Positions 62,378 through 64,000 of a stretch of 64,000 nucleotides of DNA are shown in pieces; position 1 is the first letter of the stretch; each line of letters opens with the position of its first letter. Source of the DNA: Malacoraja senta (taxonomy: Eukaryota); contig JAXLNO010000618.1 of NCBI GenBank assembly GCA_038087875.1, positions 250,001 to 314,000 of the forward strand, read 5' to 3'. The notes under the pieces were generated by a model that saw nothing but the letters and a program-made list of their open reading frames with translations, was not told the origin of the DNA and did no database searches. The translations under genes and the position numbers were made by a program.

Positions 62378-64000
62378 ATTTTTTTAATTTATTTTTTATT
62401 TTTTAAATATTTTTATTTTATTAGATGTACAATCATATGGCACCAAAGTGCCTAATATATATTGACATAATACATTTTATGTACAGCTTCTTATTTTATT
62501 TATTATGATAAAGAAGTATAAGAAAAAGAAAGTAGATAATAAAGGATAGAAAAACGTGAGATATATAGTGTGTGAAAAAGAAAAAAAAAGAGTGAAAGAA
62601 GAAAATTGAAGAAAAGAAAATAGAAAAAAGAGTAGAAAATAGAAAAAGAAAAGTAAGGAGATCATTATTTATAATCTTGACCATCCCTCACCCAGTCCTG
62701 GAACAGTTAGCTTCTACAATTGTGTTGCACCATATGATTCCAAAAAGACGACAAATGGAGACCAACTCGTTAAGAATTGGTCTGATTTATCTATTAGGAG
62801 GAATCGCATTTCCTCAAGATGTGCGGTGTCCAACATGCTTGAAATCCACATTTTAAGCGTTGGTATTGGTGTCTTTTTCCAAAATGTAAGTATTAGTTTT
62901 TTTGCTATTATTAAACCATAATTAATAAATACATTTTGAGATGAGCTTAATTTTTTCCCATCTTCCATTACTCCAAATATAATCATTTCAGTATTAAGTT
63001 CCATTCTTATCTTGAATCATTTTGTAAATATTTCAAAAATATCACTCCAAAATTTATAAAGTTTTATGCAGGAAACGAAAGAGTGTGTTATAGTTGCGTT
63101 TTGGGATAGACATTCCCAAATGGGGGACATATTTGGATAAAATTTATTCAATCTTGTTTTTGAATAATATAATCTATGTAAAATTTTAAATTGAATTAAA
63201 TTATGTCTTGCATTAATCGAACATTTGTGTATATATATCAAATACTTTTCCCATGTAACCTTCGTAATTTTTATCATTAATTCCCGTTAACACTCTTCTC
63301 TAAGTACCTCTGTCGATGGTAGGTCTATATTTAAAATACTATTATATAAATATGATATTAATTTTTGTGAGTCAGCCTTAATATTCATTGCTTCTTCCAG
63401 TAAATCAAAAGTTATTTTTTGATATCATTGTATGTATTTCTTCATGAAATCGCAAATCTGAAGATATTTAAAATATTGGTTATTTTTCAGTTTAAATTTT
63501 AATTGTAATTGTTGGAATGATAATAGATTTCCCATTTCATACATATCACCGATCCTTTTAATTCCCATTCTTTCCCATTGGTTATATGTTTTATCAATAA
63601 GAGATGGTTTAAATAAAGGATTATTCGCTATTGGCATCAACAATGATAAATTTCTTAATTTTAATAATAATATTATTTGTTTCCAAATTCTTATTGTATC
63701 GTGTATAATTGGGTTCTTCTTATATATTGTGTTGTTCAGTTTTTTTCGGGGAGAAGAGGATCGTTCCTATATTACAAGGAAATACAATCCTCTTTCTCCA
63801 TTCTTATCCATTCTGTCTGTTGGGTAGAGCTGTCCAACCAGTAAATTATATTCTTAATATGCACTGCTCAATAGTAATAAAAAAAATTCAGGAGTGAAAG
63901 TCCCCCGACATCTTTTGGTTTACATAAGTGTTTTTTAAAAATTCTGTGTGATCTATAATCCCAAATAAAATTAGTAATATTAGAGTCTAATTTAAAAAAT
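62378..64000 (-). mobile_element. L1-clade LINE, ORF2 C-terminal region and A-rich 3' end (frameshifted; runs off the window)
   Basis: LIQFKILHRLYYSKTRL, H.F..C..L..FW, AKKLILTFWKK motifs; T-rich tail on the + strand at 62378-62422. Confidence 0.88.

Overview
Eukaryotic, repeat-dominated vertebrate DNA. The mix of CR1 (HER1-like) LINEs, tRNA-derived SINEs and Penelope elements suggests a cartilaginous fish such as a skate or ray; this is inference. Two host-gene ends are visible. (1) On the + strand, the last two coding exons of a type I membrane Ig-superfamily protein: an Ig exon at 588-860 and a TM/tail exon at 6381-6553. (2) On the - strand, an RGL1/RalGDS-like exon (53445-52440) with about 0.85 kb of internal tandem-repeat expansion, probably followed by a terminal exon and polyA site at about 36644-36340. 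Between these two minus-strand exons lies a ~15.8 kb interval filled by a strand-asymmetric (GAGT/GGGTGA)n satellite with kb-scale internal duplications, two copies of an odd non-satellite island, and a ~1.95 kb foldback element. The rest is nested mobile DNA: an internally deleted Gypsy LTR element, an ORF-intact Penelope element with inverted ends and hammerhead-like motifs, a non-autonomous Helitron, hAT and Harbinger-type elements, CR1/Rex1/RTE/L1 fragments, and a near-perfect 2874-bp tandem duplication. All calls were made by eye, and family names rest on recalled motifs rather than database searches.
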